DNA from: Eledone cirrhosa
Taxonomy: Eukaryota
Reading direction: 5' to 3'
NCBI GenBank assembly: GCA_964016885.1
Contig: OZ024747.1
Coordinates: forward strand, 7,378,001 to 7,442,000
DNA: 64,000 bases
Below the pieces are notes generated by a model. That model saw only the letters and a program-made list of their open reading frames with translations. It made no database searches and had not been told where the DNA came from. Below, piece after piece: positions 42,867-56,139 of this stretch. Each line of letters opens with the position of its first letter. Positions within the stretch are counted from its first letter, which is position 1. Made by a program: the position numbers and the translations under genes.

Positions 42867-43694
42867 ATGAAACCTAACCAAGAGAATGGTCTGTCATCTG
42901 ACCTGAATAATTGTGAAATTTTGATTTCAAGTGACGAGGAAAATGTACACATGGATGAGACTTTATCTGAACATATTCAAATAAACACAAAAAGAAAACC
43001 ATTAAGAGAACACATGAAAATGAAGACAGGAGAAGGAACTTCCAAGTGTGGAGATTGTGGTAAATCTTTGTCTGACTGTGGATGTCAATCTAAGAATAGT
43101 CAAATACCTGACCAAGTTTATTGCTGTGACGTTTGTGGAGAATCATTTGAAACTGATTTATACTTAATACAACACAGTCAATCACATGTTGGTGAAGGAT
43201 ACCATCACTGTTTAGATTGTGGAAAATACTTCATAACAAAGAAATCATTACTGAAACACATTCATGTACATTTTGGTGAGAAACCACATTGCTGTGAAAT
43301 TTGTGGTGAAACATTTTCAGAGTATGTTGACTTAACTCAACACAAACAGTTACATGTCAATAAGGAAGAGTATGAGTGTAAAGTTTGTGGCAAATCATTC
43401 CCTGAAAGTTCTAAACTATTAGAACATGGTAGAGCACATACAGGGGAAAATGACTATGAGTGTATAATTTGTAGTAAAACGTTTGATAAAATGGTTCATT
43501 TAGTAAGACACAAAAAAACACACATGAGCCTCAGGCCCTTCAACTGTGATGTATGCAGTAAAGCATTCTCAAGAATATATCACTTAAAGAGGCACCAAAC
43601 TTTACACAAAAGAAAAACCTTCAACTGTTCAATCTGTAGCAAATCTTTCAGTAAAAAAATATTGTTAACCAAGCATAAAAAAAAATGTCAGTGA
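42867..43694 (+). CDS. C2H2 zinc-finger protein, 7 fingers (last is C2HC) plus a degenerate N-terminal finger, 275 aa
   Basis: CxxC..HxxxH array with diverged linkers; acidic N-terminus; AATAAA near 43830. Confidence 0.9.
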   Translation: MKPNQENGLSSDLNNCEILISSDEENVHMDETLSEHIQINTKRKPLREHMKMKTGEGTSKCGDCGKSLSDCGCQSKNSQIPDQVYCCDVCGESFETDLYLIQHSQSHVGEGYHHCLDCGKYFITKKSLLKHIHVHFGEKPHCCEICGETFSEYVDLTQHKQLHVNKEEYECKVCGKSFPESSKLLEHGRAHTGENDYECIICSKTFDKMVHLVRHKKTHMSLRPFNCDVCSKAFSRIYHLKRHQTLHKRKTFNCSICSKSFSKKILLTKHKKKCQ

Positions 43695-46584
43695 TTGCTC
43701 TACTGATTTCTTTTATCTGATCTTACACTAAAAAATGGCATGTGTAAGTATATTGGAACAGAGATTCATTGATTGCCTTCGTGTCATGGATCTGCTTAAG
43801 AACTGTCACCACAAACTAAGTTTATACTCAATAAAATATTTTCTAATTGGTCTGATTACATAATTTTAAAGCATTTCAGTTATCAACACAGTCTGAGGTG
43901 TGTGTCTTTCTGAGAACTTATTAGACCATTTACCACTGAGAAACATTTCAATTACAGAATGAAGTCACTATTAGATATGGGAGAAAATAAACATGAATTT
44001 CAATGATTAATTCTGTGCTGAAAACCTGAAACATCACAATACATGTTTGTACAATACATGTTTGTACAATACATATTTGTACAAGAGAACATTGAATTGT
44101 TAACGTCTGAGATTAGTTGCTGTTAATGAAATTATAAGACAATAAGCCTCATACTCGGAGATGAAAGTTTTTTTTTTAGTGTTCATTTCTACACTATATT
44201 TCAATCGGTTTAATCAGAGATCATGAAGGGGTCATATTCTTTAATCTGTAGGTAATACCATTTTTATCCATGTGAACATGTTCCAGTGGCCCAGTAGATA
44301 AGAATGTTATAAGCCTTGGTTTAGAAATAAAAGCCTCTGGTTTTAATCCAAACTGTTACTATATGTGCATCCAAATAGGACGCTTGATGATTTGAGATCA
44401 AAATGAAATGTATTTACTGAACCTTGTTAATACAAACATTACTATCACCTGAAGTTAATACAAAATGTTTGTGCTTCGAGACCATGAAGAAAAAAGAAGG
44501 AAGCCAATCCTCAGATCGGACCAAGGAAACTGTTTCAATTAGTTTTTCTATTGCTGATACTATCTGTCAGTTGCAACTTCTGTAGAACTGTCACCATGAA
44601 AAATATGTAAGAAAATACTGAATTCACTACTAAATGACTGAAAATCAAAATAAAGTTACTATGCAATATTGAACTATGGCAGTAAATGGAAGAATCATTA
44701 GAGCGACAGACAAAATAGCTTGCAGTATTTAGTGATGTTCATCTACATTCCAAGTTCTCCGAGACCAACTTCATTTTTCATTTTTCCAGTGTTAACAAAA
44801 TATGTGCCAGCTAGAGTCCATTTACTCAAATGTTTCTTTTTCCTCGACAAAGTTTGAGGCTTTATACCTGTGTTAGAAATCAATATATATGTATAAAGGA
44901 ATCACATCTATAGATAAATATAGGCCTGCATATATACATATCCATCCGTCCCAATCCAATAAAATAAATTATTCCATAAATTCCTGTACTACACATGGAA
45001 TTACAAAAGACTATGGCAAAAAGATATGTCATAGGTATTCATGAATAAATTACAAGAGTACCAAGAGCCATAACTGAGAAAACTTGTAAGCCATGTTCCC
45101 ATCAAGGAAATTGTTAATCCAGTATTGTGAAATATGTTAGAAATCAACCATGATCATTCATTCATAACATGATAACTGTGACTCTGGTGTGATGTGTTTG
45201 AATGGGGGGACTGTTCTACAATGTTAGCTTCACTCTTATCCAGTGACAAGATATTTGGAGGTAGACTAAGACTTTTATAGTGTCATGTGCTTTTATCAAT
45301 CCATGCTTGCTAAAACTACATTTGTTTTTCCTGTTTAAGCCATTGTTGTTCTCATCTGCTTTTTACACATGCAAGTAGACATGGTCTCACCAAATGTTTG
45401 AGACTTGATAGCTAACTTCAACTAAAGGTGGATGTTGGGGTTCACCAGAGATGCTAACTCTCCCTGAACACTCCAGATAGTAATTAGAAATGCAGTATTA
45501 TTACTTCTTACAATCTATCTGCTGGCTACAATTGTTGCTAAGCTATATCATCAAATCTGATACCAACAAGAAATGCAATATAAACACCTTCATTTCTCCT
45601 AAACTTTAACCTTTCACTTGACAAGCATGAACTAATGAAATCCTATCAGTCACAGTGATGAGCATTCTAGTTGTTCAATCAATGACACTACCTATTCGTG
45701 GTATTAAAATGTAAATTACTGAGTATTCATTTCACTCACACTTATAGCTTTAAGATATTCCCCAATGTGACGACATGGCTGACCTATTAAATTACAATAC
45801 ATCTGATAGGCTTGCCCACACTTGTGTACTCAATTTTACTCAGCCAAAGACATCTTTAGTAGATGTCTAAACTTTTCTTAATGGAATCAAACACAGAACC
45901 ACACAACAATGTGCTTATGAATATGCACATAAACAGAAACTTTGAAAGCATCCTCCATTTTGCAATTTATATCTCATCTAAGAAACAATTAAAATTTTGT
46001 TACATTCATCAACATTTAGAAATAAAAATTTAAGTTTTTCTTTTCTTTTATTTGTACTAATATTTTTTTAGAATCTAATAATCCTTTTGTTTTTCCTTGG
46101 ACTTTATGCATGCACACACACACATATATATATATATATAACCCATACAAGCATGGAAAAATGCATGTAAAAACAATGATAATATATGACCAAAGAAACA
46201 ATGTTTCCATTTCTGATACTATCTGCCTGTTGCAAATCCTGGCACTTGGAGTACATGATCAGAAATTGACTTATTTTTTAATTCTGCCACAGAAGCAAAA
46301 TATAAGCAATTATTTGCCTCAATAAATGACAATAGGTTACAGTTAAAGTTAGTCTCGCCTAGTACAACTATTAATTAGAGTTGATGAAAGAAGAATTTTT
46401 TATGTTTGCTTATCTTTTCATTTTTCTTTATCTTAGCATCTCTTTTTTTAGTGCCATTTAACAAAATACTGGCACTTTTTGGCCCACTTCTACCCCAATT
46501 TAGAGCATTTACCCTTGAAAAAATGTGCAATACTGTTTGGTAGATGTGCCACAACTGGCAGCACAGCACATTTCCTGATGATTG

Positions 46585-47297
46585 CAGGTCAAGTTTACTT
46601 GTCCTCTTTTGATAAAATATAGTACCAGTAATGTACTGAGGTGATGAAATTGACTTCTCTCAAAATTGCAGGCCTTGTGCCTAAATTAGAAACCTTCTTC
46701 CCCTCCTCTTCCTTCTTTTTCTCCTTATCATCATTATTATTATTATTATAAGAGCAGTGGATTGACATTTAGTTACAGTCTTTTATGTCCTGAGTTCAAA
46801 TCCCACTAAGGTTAAAGGTTAGCTTTGCCCTTCATCCTTATGGGATCGATAAAATAAAGTACCCGTAACATATTGGGTTGATTTAATCAACTTTTCCCTC
46901 CTCCAGAAATATTGGCTTTGTGCCTAAATCAGAAACCATTAAATATTGAATACCAGAATAGAATCCATAATCATTCAGAGCTGTGTTTTTTTTGTTGTTG
47001 CAAATTTTGTGGGATTCTCCCATATTTTTGAGATTGCTATTTTGTTTAAAGTTTCTATTCATGTAAAAAAGACAACCAGCTAAAAATCGATGTATTTTCT
47101 GTATTCGTCACAGCACCCCTTCCAGTGGTTTAAAATCTTGCTAAATACATTTAACCTATTTTTTCTTTCAAAAGAAAAATGGATGCAGTTAATTCATAAT
47201 AATTGTTTCTACGTTAGGCACAAGGCCAGCAAATACCCAGTGCATTACTGGTACTTTATTTTATCGACCCCGTAAGGATGAAAGGCAAAGTTAACCT
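46585..47297. mobile_element. SINE family B copies (two plus, one minus fragment at 47200..47297)
   Basis: Same core motif. Confidence 0.7.
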
Positions 47298-47409
47298 AAT
47301 AATGTCCAGTAGGAGTTGCTGTATATTTTCCGTGAGAAAGAAATGCAAAATTTTAAATATATATATATGAAAGATAGACATTAAACGATGATGATGATGA
47401 TATATATGT

Positions 47410-48010
47410 GCCTGCTTGACCAGCAGTGTCTGGCATGTTTCTGTTCTGCCTTGCAACCGTATAGCGGTGCCCAGCTGAATGCTGTACCCTCAATATCAAA
47501 TGGTACTCAGCTGGAAAGCAACTGTTTGCACATAAACCTCCAGATCTACAAACAACACAAATGCTGCTGTAGAACCATGGTGGATGCTTTTGGCATTTAC
47601 CCACTATCATGCTGTCACAGTGCTGGTCAGCTCCCATATCATGCTGTTCCTAACGAGATCATTAAGCATGGCTTCGACCCTGTTGGCTTCCCTTCATAAC
47701 TCAAGCCAGTGAGATTTGACCAATGGGAAGGCAGAGGGCCAGATGGTATCATGATCTTCTGATGCTATGGTAACAGACCCAGGTTTTGTTGCCCGATAAG
47801 CCGAAGATCACAAACTGTTGAAGTATCAATCACTTTCCTATAGGTTTATCATTTGAACCTATAACAATGGAGACTTCTGGCGTTCTTGGTCACTGTATCA
47901 CCTTCCTACTCCATGCTATTCAGGTAGAGTTGGACAAACACACGAGTTAGAATGGCTATTTCAATATATCTCTACTATCCACCAAGGCAACGCTTTCTCC
48001 ATTCTGCCCA
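47410..48010 (+). mobile_element. CRE-like (RLE-type) non-LTR retrotransposon fragment, decayed
   Basis: PYSGAQLNAVP..GTQLE..HKCCC..VDAFGIYPLSCCHSAG..H..NEIIKHG..GFPS..GRGPDG; zinc-knuckle plus RLE region. Confidence 0.7.
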
Positions 48011-48830
48011 CTAAGATCACGATGCAACTTCCTCTTGGTGTTCTGCATGCCAGAGAGCGTTCTCCTACTCCGTCGTGTTTCGTATTATCGGGGTAGCGAC
48101 GATTGAGTATTCTTTCTCATATTCTCGTTGTATTTAGACACAGGAATGTTAGATATGCTTATTATCATGTTATGACCGTCAAATCAGCAACAAAAACTCT
48201 CCCTTTCGTATTGGTGTTTCTTACATCTAACAGAAACTTCTTACCAAAACCTACTAAAGGCTATAATGGCGTAAGTTTCATTGCAGCGTTATCGATTTGA
48301 TAAGCCAGTAACTTTGGCGGAATTTCGAAGCAAATTGTCACTAATAATAACAAATATATATCTGTACGTTAATATTCACACATCTATACAAACACATAAC
48401 AAATATATGCCTCAAAAATGTCCGTTGACCCTTGTCGTGTCTGACCGATTGACAGACTTTATGGTGAATTGATGTTTTTGTTGTTCTTTTCTTCTCTCGC
48501 TTTGATCATATATTCTTGTGCTTTTTATTTATATGGTTCTATAAAACAAATCCACACATTTAAATAAAAACCATTTAGGGTTCATATTTTTTTTAAAAGA
48601 TTGTAAGTTGACAAAGATTTGAAGTCTATAATATGTGTAAATAATAGAATTATGTGAATCTTCCTACGATACAATTATATACAAGTGAAAATATATAACA
48701 AAACTGAAAAGAGATATTTCTTCCTCATAACTTTTATATACAGGAAAATACTTCTAAACTGAAATTTTGATGTTATTTTTCAATAGCCAGGTTCCACTGT
48801 TACATTTGATATAAAATATATATTGTTATT

Positions 48831-49248
48831 TTAGCCTGTGGTTTAAACACAGAACATGTTATAGAACATAACACAGTGACCTCCCTTGTCAACATCCGCT
48901 CTAACAATTCAATATATTTGACACAACAAACAATCACATGTATGGTTGAATTTCAATAAGTCTTATCAGGTTTTTATAATGTTTTTCTATTTACTTTAAC
49001 AGACAAAAAGAAATCTGCATCCAATTCAACTCAGTTCAAAAGATTGTAAATAACATAAATGTCGAATTTGTATCTGTTTACCTTTTAATGCTAATTTCGT
49101 TGTATCATTTAAAATTGTATCCATTCATCTTACATGTTATGATATCATAAACAAAGAAACAGGACCACATGTTATATACTTGTAAATATTGTTCTAGCTT
49201 GATTCTGACACAATTGTTTGTCGCATTGGACATTATATACAGATCTTT
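48831..49248 (+). repeat. ~420-bp duplicated block upstream of the ZNF at 49579; partner at 42160..42582
   Basis: Near-identical to 42160..42582. Confidence 0.9.
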
Positions 49249-49578
49249 CATCAGCAATATATATTTAATATTTCATGAGAAAGTACTATCTGGTGTAAAT
49301 CTCTCTGGACCTAATAGTTGGTATTTGACGGAATTCTTTTATTCACAGTTGTATAAATAACATTACAGATATAGATAAATAACATTACAAATTGCTCACA
49401 ATTCTTTCAGAATAACATTATAAATATAATTTTTGCTCATGATAATTATTTAAAAAGATACAGTATTGTCTGGAAAAAAATCTCTTTCACTGAAAAAAAT
49501 AATTTTGTAGTTGACAAATATGTAGATGCGACAGAGAAAAATTCCATTACTGAAATTTATGGAAAATCTTTTGTCGAA

Positions 49579-50127
49579 GTGTGGAATTTAAAAATGCACA
49601 GAATACACGTTGGTGAAAGGCGCTTTGACTGTGAAATATGTGGCAAATCTTTCAGTAAAAACAAATGTTTGAAAGCACACGAAAAAATACATAGTGGAGA
49701 AAAACCATATCACTGTGAAATATGTGGAAAATCTTTCACTGTTATTGTAAATTTAAAATCACACAAAAGAATACACACTGGCGAAAAACAATTTCACTGT
49801 GAAATATGTGGAAACTCTTTTCTCCGTAACAACCATTTAAAAAGTCACATACGAACACATACTGGAGAAAGACCATTTCCTTGTGAAACGTGTGGAAAAT
49901 CCTTTCTCCGTAGTAGTCATTTAAAATTACACATAAGAACACACACTGGAGAAAAACCATTTCCTTGTGAAATATGTAAAAAATCGTTTGTCCGTAGTAG
50001 TCATTTAAAAAGACACATAAAAACACACACCGGAGAAAAACCATTTCATTGTATAACATGTGGTAAATTTTTCAGTGAGAATAGTAGTTTAAAAACACAT
50101 GAAAAAATACACAATATGATCGCTTAA
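49579..50127 (+). CDS. C2H2 zinc-finger protein, 6 intact fingers; true start uncertain
   Basis: Six fingers with TGEKP linkers. The frame is open upstream to 49375 and includes degenerate fingers (ITEIYGKSFVEVWNLKMHRIH). A possible acceptor ttctttcag| lies at 49410. Confidence 0.85.
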   Translation: MWNLKMHRIHVGERRFDCEICGKSFSKNKCLKAHEKIHSGEKPYHCEICGKSFTVIVNLKSHKRIHTGEKQFHCEICGNSFLRNNHLKSHIRTHTGERPFPCETCGKSFLRSSHLKLHIRTHTGEKPFPCEICKKSFVRSSHLKRHIKTHTGEKPFHCITCGKFFSENSSLKTHEKIHNMIA

Positions 50128-51946
50128 AATTATATTAAGAAAACTCACTGGATATATAAGCTTGAAATCTTTCTACGGGATTTTAATCTTATAATGTACA
50201 TGCTCAGTAAAGATGAAAAAATACAAAACAAATTTAGTTTTGTGATACAAAAAGGAGTACTCACGAGAGAAAAACCACCTGTCTGAAATATCTAAGTTAA
50301 CGAATTTTGTGAACTCTCTAAATGTAGCTTATACCGCTGAAAACCACAACCATTGTGTTGTGTCAAACATTGTGCACAATGGAGAAAAGTCATAGAGGGA
50401 AATATGAAGAGGGTTTTAGCTTGTTGGTCCCGGAATAATTAAAAGGTTTTAAAAGAAATGATGACTGCAGAATTATTTTCTCTAAATTATGTTTTGTAAT
50501 CGTCAAATTCAATGCAGAACGATATTGCCACTTTGATATTTGAGAAAATGCATTCTGACATTAACAAATATTTGTGAAATTCGAAATAATGTATACTACA
50601 GGAAAATATTACCGAGGATATTTGTTTAAAAAACCTGGTAAAGATATATTGACCATTAAAACAAATGTTTTTAAATAATATTTTGTTTAAAAAGCATGTC
50701 ATTAAGTATTGTCATTCATGTCACATCTGAGTTTTGTCACTGATATCTTTTAGTGTAAATACTATCGTCATAAGAAGTGATTATATCAGTATTTTATATG
50801 ACTAATAAAACATTACCACAAAGTAATTGTTTTAGTTTGTTAACAGAAATTCAACTAAATATTTGTTAAAAACTATTATTTAAAAATAAAAGTACAAACA
50901 GAAGTTTGTAAAAATCATCTCACTCTAATCTGTGGCCTCATTATTTGAGCTTCAGATCAAATTGCATGAGCCAAGTAAACTAATATTTTACATCCATGCT
51001 TACATAAATCTTACAGCATGGTAGTCACTCGTTGTGGTCCTTTGTCATCTCCTTTGAAGCTTGGCCTCTACAAATCAGCTTTCACCACTTCATTACCCTG
51101 TCGCCCTACATACACATAACATGTCCAACCAGCACTGTCTTCTCTCTTGCACATTGCATTTCATTCATCTTATACCGAGTTTCTCTCAGCTCATTTATGT
51201 TTCACTGTTTATACACACAAATAATACATCCATCAGAGCATGCCCCTCACTTCATGCTATCATGTAACACCTGTTGAATGCAAGCATCATACAATATTCT
51301 TCACATGGAGAATCTATTTGTTGTCAGCAGAGGTAAAAGCTCTCTGAACTTTTTCCATCCATTCTACTCTGGCTACTTTATTTTCAAAACACTTGCCTTC
51401 ATTAGGTCTCCTTGGTAGTGGGAACTATCAGTTACTTTTAGGGGGCCTTCCAAGTATTTTTATTAATTTTTTTTTTTTTATTTTAGAAAATACTTTTACT
51501 CTTGGATACAAATCCTTTAAAATTAAAATGTTAAAGCTTTAATATTTTGGAAAGTCCAATGCAAATATGTTTAAATTGATAGACTACAGAAAAAACAGTT
51601 TATCAAGCCTAAAAATTTATACCAAAATACATAACATGTACAATAAAGATTTGTGATTTTCTCTGCTGTTGTGTATATTAGATGTCAATGGATTACAGCA
51701 AGAAGTAAGATGTTCTTGAACAGACCTATATACACACATACACCAGTACATAGACTATTACAATCCTAGGACTGTTCCAAAACAAGATTGTACCCTCCAA
51801 ATATTAACACATTGATAATTAACGGTAGTAACCAATATTTTCTGAATACCATCATATAGTTAACCTAGGACACACACAAATCATGAACAACACCAAATCC
51901 CACAATTGCAACTAAACATAAATAGAGAAAAGTAAGATCTGAATTT

Positions 51947-51989
51947 GTAGTCTGAAGAGGCACCATCACTGAAACTTTGAAGTCACTGT
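51947..51989 (+). ncRNA. Hammerhead ribozyme motif with intact core but decayed stem II (Penelope pLTR remnant)
   Basis: GUAGU-CUGAAGA-GGCACCAUCACU-GAAAC-UUUGAA-GUC-ACUGU; followed by AATAAA, GTATTGAGTGCTC and TA-rich sequence. Confidence 0.55.
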
Positions 51990-52702
51990 CACCGCTTTCT
52001 TCAGAAAATAAATCCTATACATGTATTGAGTGCTCATTCAGTTAATGTTTAAAGTGTTTTATGTACATACGTATATAATTCACCCTTTCAGTATATATAT
52101 ACACATGCATAATGCATATATATATATGTCAAGATTCTTCAGTCGTGTAGACATGACAACCTCACTACTGCTGGTGCCACAAAAAATACGCCCAGGTGGT
52201 TAGAGATACATAGGATATCCCACTGTAGAAACTAAGGGTGGAGAAGACTCCAGTTTTGTTATGGGCATGACAACCCCTCTACTGCTGGTGCATGATAAAA
52301 CGCCCAGTATATTCTATAAAGTGGTTGACTTTTGGAAAGGCATCCAGCTGTAGAAACCATGCCAAACAGGGGGGGGGGGGGGGGGGGGCAGTTGTGTCAA
52401 AGACAGGACAACCTCCATAGTGCTAGAGAGAGTGATGTTTACATTTTAATAGGAAAATGAGTACTCAATACATATCGATATGGTTGAGCTTTGTGTAGTG
52501 ATTTGTCAGTTCATGTCAGAGTGAATGATGGTGGATGGAAAAAGTATGGGTCTCAGATGTGCATCAGCAACAGACTATCGGTATTAGGAGAAATCAGGAG
52601 GAGATAAGTTGTGTTAAAATTTAACGATGATGTAAGGGAGGTGATTCTTCTTGAAATCTAACCATGTTACAGTTTCTGGCTTAAAATTTCCTCTTCTGCT
52701 TA

Positions 52703-53070
52703 ATAATTGTTTCTACTTTTGGCACAAGGCCAGCAAATACCCAGTACATTACTGGTACTTTATTTTATCGATCCCGTAAGGATGAAAGGCAAAGTTAACC
52801 TCGGCGGGATTTGAACTCAGATCATAAAGAGCTGTAACTCTATGCTGCAAAGTATGGCGTCCGACACTGCCAATGCACCGCGATTTCTGATTTAGGTACA
52901 AAGCCAACAATTTTTTTGGAAGAAAAATTCGATCAAACCGACCCAAACATTACTGGTACTTATTTTATTGACCCTGTAAGGATGAAAGACAAAGCTATCT
53001 TCGGCGGAGTTTGAAATCAGAACGTAAAATTTCGTAACTATATGCCGCAAAGCCTGTTGTCCGACGCTCA
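52703..53070 (-). mobile_element. Two tandem SINE family B copies
   Basis: actggtactttattttatcga..aggatgaaaggcaaagtt occurs twice. Confidence 0.8.
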
Positions 53071-53989
53071 ATAATAGTTAGTGATTGTTTTTAAGGTTTG
53101 TTGAGACTATTTTGAAGAATATTTTCCTCAATTGGAAGATTTATTCTTTTTTTATATTTTTGTGTCGTCTGCGATGTCATCTCCTGCATAATTTATGAGG
53201 AGTAAAACTTAACAGTGATACCGTAACTATCTCTTGGCGTACTGGAAATTTCACTTCTTCATTTGAGAAAGTTCCATTCACTACTCTGAATGGACAATTG
53301 GTGAGAAACGTGTTTATCCATCTTCCTATCTTACCAAAAATTTCAACGTACGATTAGTTTTTTGGCAGATTATATTGAGCTTACACTTGTCGGAGGCTTT
53401 TGCAAGTTCGTATTTACGTATAACATCACATTCGTCTCCATTTGTGGCAGTATTGATAACTTTGTCGATGTGATCTAATAATTAGGTTAGGTATCATCTA
53501 TTTCTTCTGAAACTATGTTGTTTATCTTTGAATTAAAAGCGTTATAATATCGTTCACATGTTGTTGCTTAGCATTTGTATTTCTTTTCCTTCAATTTCTC
53601 AAGCACTAAATTGTCCATGACGAATCATGTAAGACTCTTCTTACAGACATGTATATAACAAAATCGTGTCAGCTCGTCTAAAGTCTGTTTCCTAGTGTGA
53701 AAATCACATTCTAAATATTTATGTGACTGATAGTTACCAATTCTTTACGACTTTTATTTATTCGACAAATTTCAATTCGGTTATATAATGTTTGCAATAA
53801 CAAAAAGAAAAAGAAAGGGAAAAAATTAAATAACGAAAGTAAGGAAAAGGTTTAGGGGAAGGGAGAAAGGTGAATGTTTAAATAAAAGAAGAGAGGAAAA
53901 AAAACTGTGTGGAAACTTAAGAAGGAATACCAAACTACTAAAAAAAAACAAACAAACAAATCCTCGTTTAAAACAGTAAAGGAAGGGGT

Positions 53990-54560
53990 GAACAACCGAG
54001 CCAACACCAGAGCAAAAGACAGAAACGAGGGGTACTGGGCGACCTCTCTAATGACTTTTGAGGCAAGCCAGCACACTCGCAGCGTAGGCGCGGCTAATGC
54101 GCTGGAACAGCCAAGCGCCCTCGCGAGATTCGCCAGTTACCTCTATTAGGCGAGCCGCCAGTGAAGAGAGGAACCTCGCAGTCAGCGGCCCGACTTCCCC
54201 AAACGTCTCGAAAGCCACAGGCTGAAAAAGGTAGCTGGCCGACAGATCAGAGTATTTGAGGGTCTTATTCCGCTCGGCTGCGGAAGCTGTGGCTCTCGTC
54301 CTAACCACAGCATCCAGGATGTGTGAGAGAGCAAAAGAGTCACTAACAGTGACGTCCCAGACAAGGCACCTGCCTCTCGATCAGGGGAAGGCCGTCAGAT
54401 CTTTTGCCGTCACTTCTGGTCAACCCAGATGGTTCCAAAACTGAGGGGATGTTTGCCCGGGTCAAAGCTCTCTTGAGGATGAGGTTAAGCTCCGTGTGAC
54501 GTGCGAAGCGGCCGGCAAGAAAGACCGTGGAGTCGAGGAGTTTGCCGCATCGGCACCTTA
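53990..54560 (-). mobile_element. CRE-like (RLE-type) non-LTR retrotransposon 3' fragment
   Basis: RHTELNLILKRALTRANIPSVLEPSGLTRSDGKRSDG..LVWDVTVSDSFA..AAERNKTLKYSDL..FQPVAFETFG..WLFQRIS; contains a frameshift and a stop. Confidence 0.82.
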
Positions 54561-55399
54561 AACCATGCAGACGTCAGCTCCCACTCATTTTCTAGGTTAA
54601 AACTTACTTACAAACAATCATCTTCGCAACACAATGGGACGGCTTCGGTTAAATCTGTTTTCCCTAAAGTGAAATCAGCCCCCTCAATAACAGAATTTCA
54701 ACTGATGGTAAAGCAATTTCCTGTAATAAAATGCCGTAAATTCCCTAGCTGAAAAACTTAATTTTAATATTTTGTGGGCGAGAGGGTTAGTGGTTCTAGT
54801 ATATTATTTTACCAGAAAATCTTGAATATACTTAAAACGGCTCTATGCCTCACTATTGTAGAAACAGAACTGTTTCCAGACAGACTAGGCAGCGAAGTGG
54901 TAGAGTCGTTTAAGCTTAGAATAAAATGCTTTGCGGCATTTCTTCCCAGCTTTCAGCGTTCTTATTTCAAATCCCGCTAAGATCAACTTTGTCTTTCAAT
55001 AAAATAAAGTACCAGTCCAGGGCGATAGACTAACAGAATTGTTAGTGTTGGGTGGACTGCATTGTGGTATTTGTTCCGGCTCTTTGCTTTCTGAGTTGAG
55101 ATACTACGGTGGCCTACTTCGGTCGCCGACGTAACCCATCACTCGGCTTAACACCGCCACCAACTAGATTATGAATGCCTTTTGTAAAATCCTCTCTGTT
55201 GTATTTGGATCAGGTCTCCAGGTTTGAGAATGTCTTCCTTCCTGCTTCCTTTCCATTAGTTCCGGGGGGTCATTACCTCCTTGATTAAATGACGAAATAA
55301 ATAAGTAAATAAATGAATAGATAATAGATAGAGAGGCAGACTAACAAACCAATAATCAGAGATAGACTGGTCATTAGACATAGACACGGCTAGATCAAT

Positions 55400-56030
55400 A
55401 GACGGGTAGATCAGAGAAGCAGAGACCGATAGACAGCGAGACAGACAGAGAAGAAGAGATCGATAGACAGCGAGACAGACAGAGAAGAAGAGATCGATAG
55501 ACAGAGAAGCAGAGGTCGACAGACAGAGAGACAGACAAAGAAGCAGAGATCGATAGACAGAGAAGCAGAGATCAATAGACAGAGAGGCAGACAAAGAAGC
55601 AGAGGTCGACAGACAGAGAGGCAGAGATCGATAGACAGAGAAGCAGAGATCAATAGACAGAGAAGCAGAGATCTATAGACAGAGAGGCAGACGTCGACAG
55701 ACAGAGAGGCAGAGATCGATAGACAGAGAAGCAGAGATCAATAGACAGAGAAGCAGAGATCGACAGACAGAGAGGCAGACAAAGAAGCAGAGATCGATAG
55801 ACAGAGAAGCAGAGATCGATAGACAGAGAAGCAGAGATCTATAGACAGAGAGGCAGACAAAGAAGCAGAGATCGATAGACAGAGAACCAGAGATCAATAG
55901 ACAGAGAAGCAGAGATCTATAGACAGAGAGGCAGACAAAGAAGCAGAGATCGATAGACAGAGAAGCAGAGATCGACAGGCAAATAGATAAAAAGAGATAT
56001 ATACAGACGAACAGACAGACAGACAGACAG
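55400..56030. repeat. Purine-rich AGAC/AGAT compound minisatellite
   Basis: agacagagaagcagagatcgat units. Confidence 0.88.
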
Positions 56031-56139
56031 ATCAAAACAAAAGCTGAATTGTTACTGCAGCCTTCACGCCCCAGTTACCATAGAAACTGTTTTCCAACCA
56101 ATCATTTTATTTATTTATTTATGTTGTTGTTGGGGTAGG

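Noticed and set aside
44535-46250. Short similarity ctgatactatctg..gttgcaa at ~44555 and ~46213
   Set aside because: Too short and diverged to interpret; may be an old duplication remnant.
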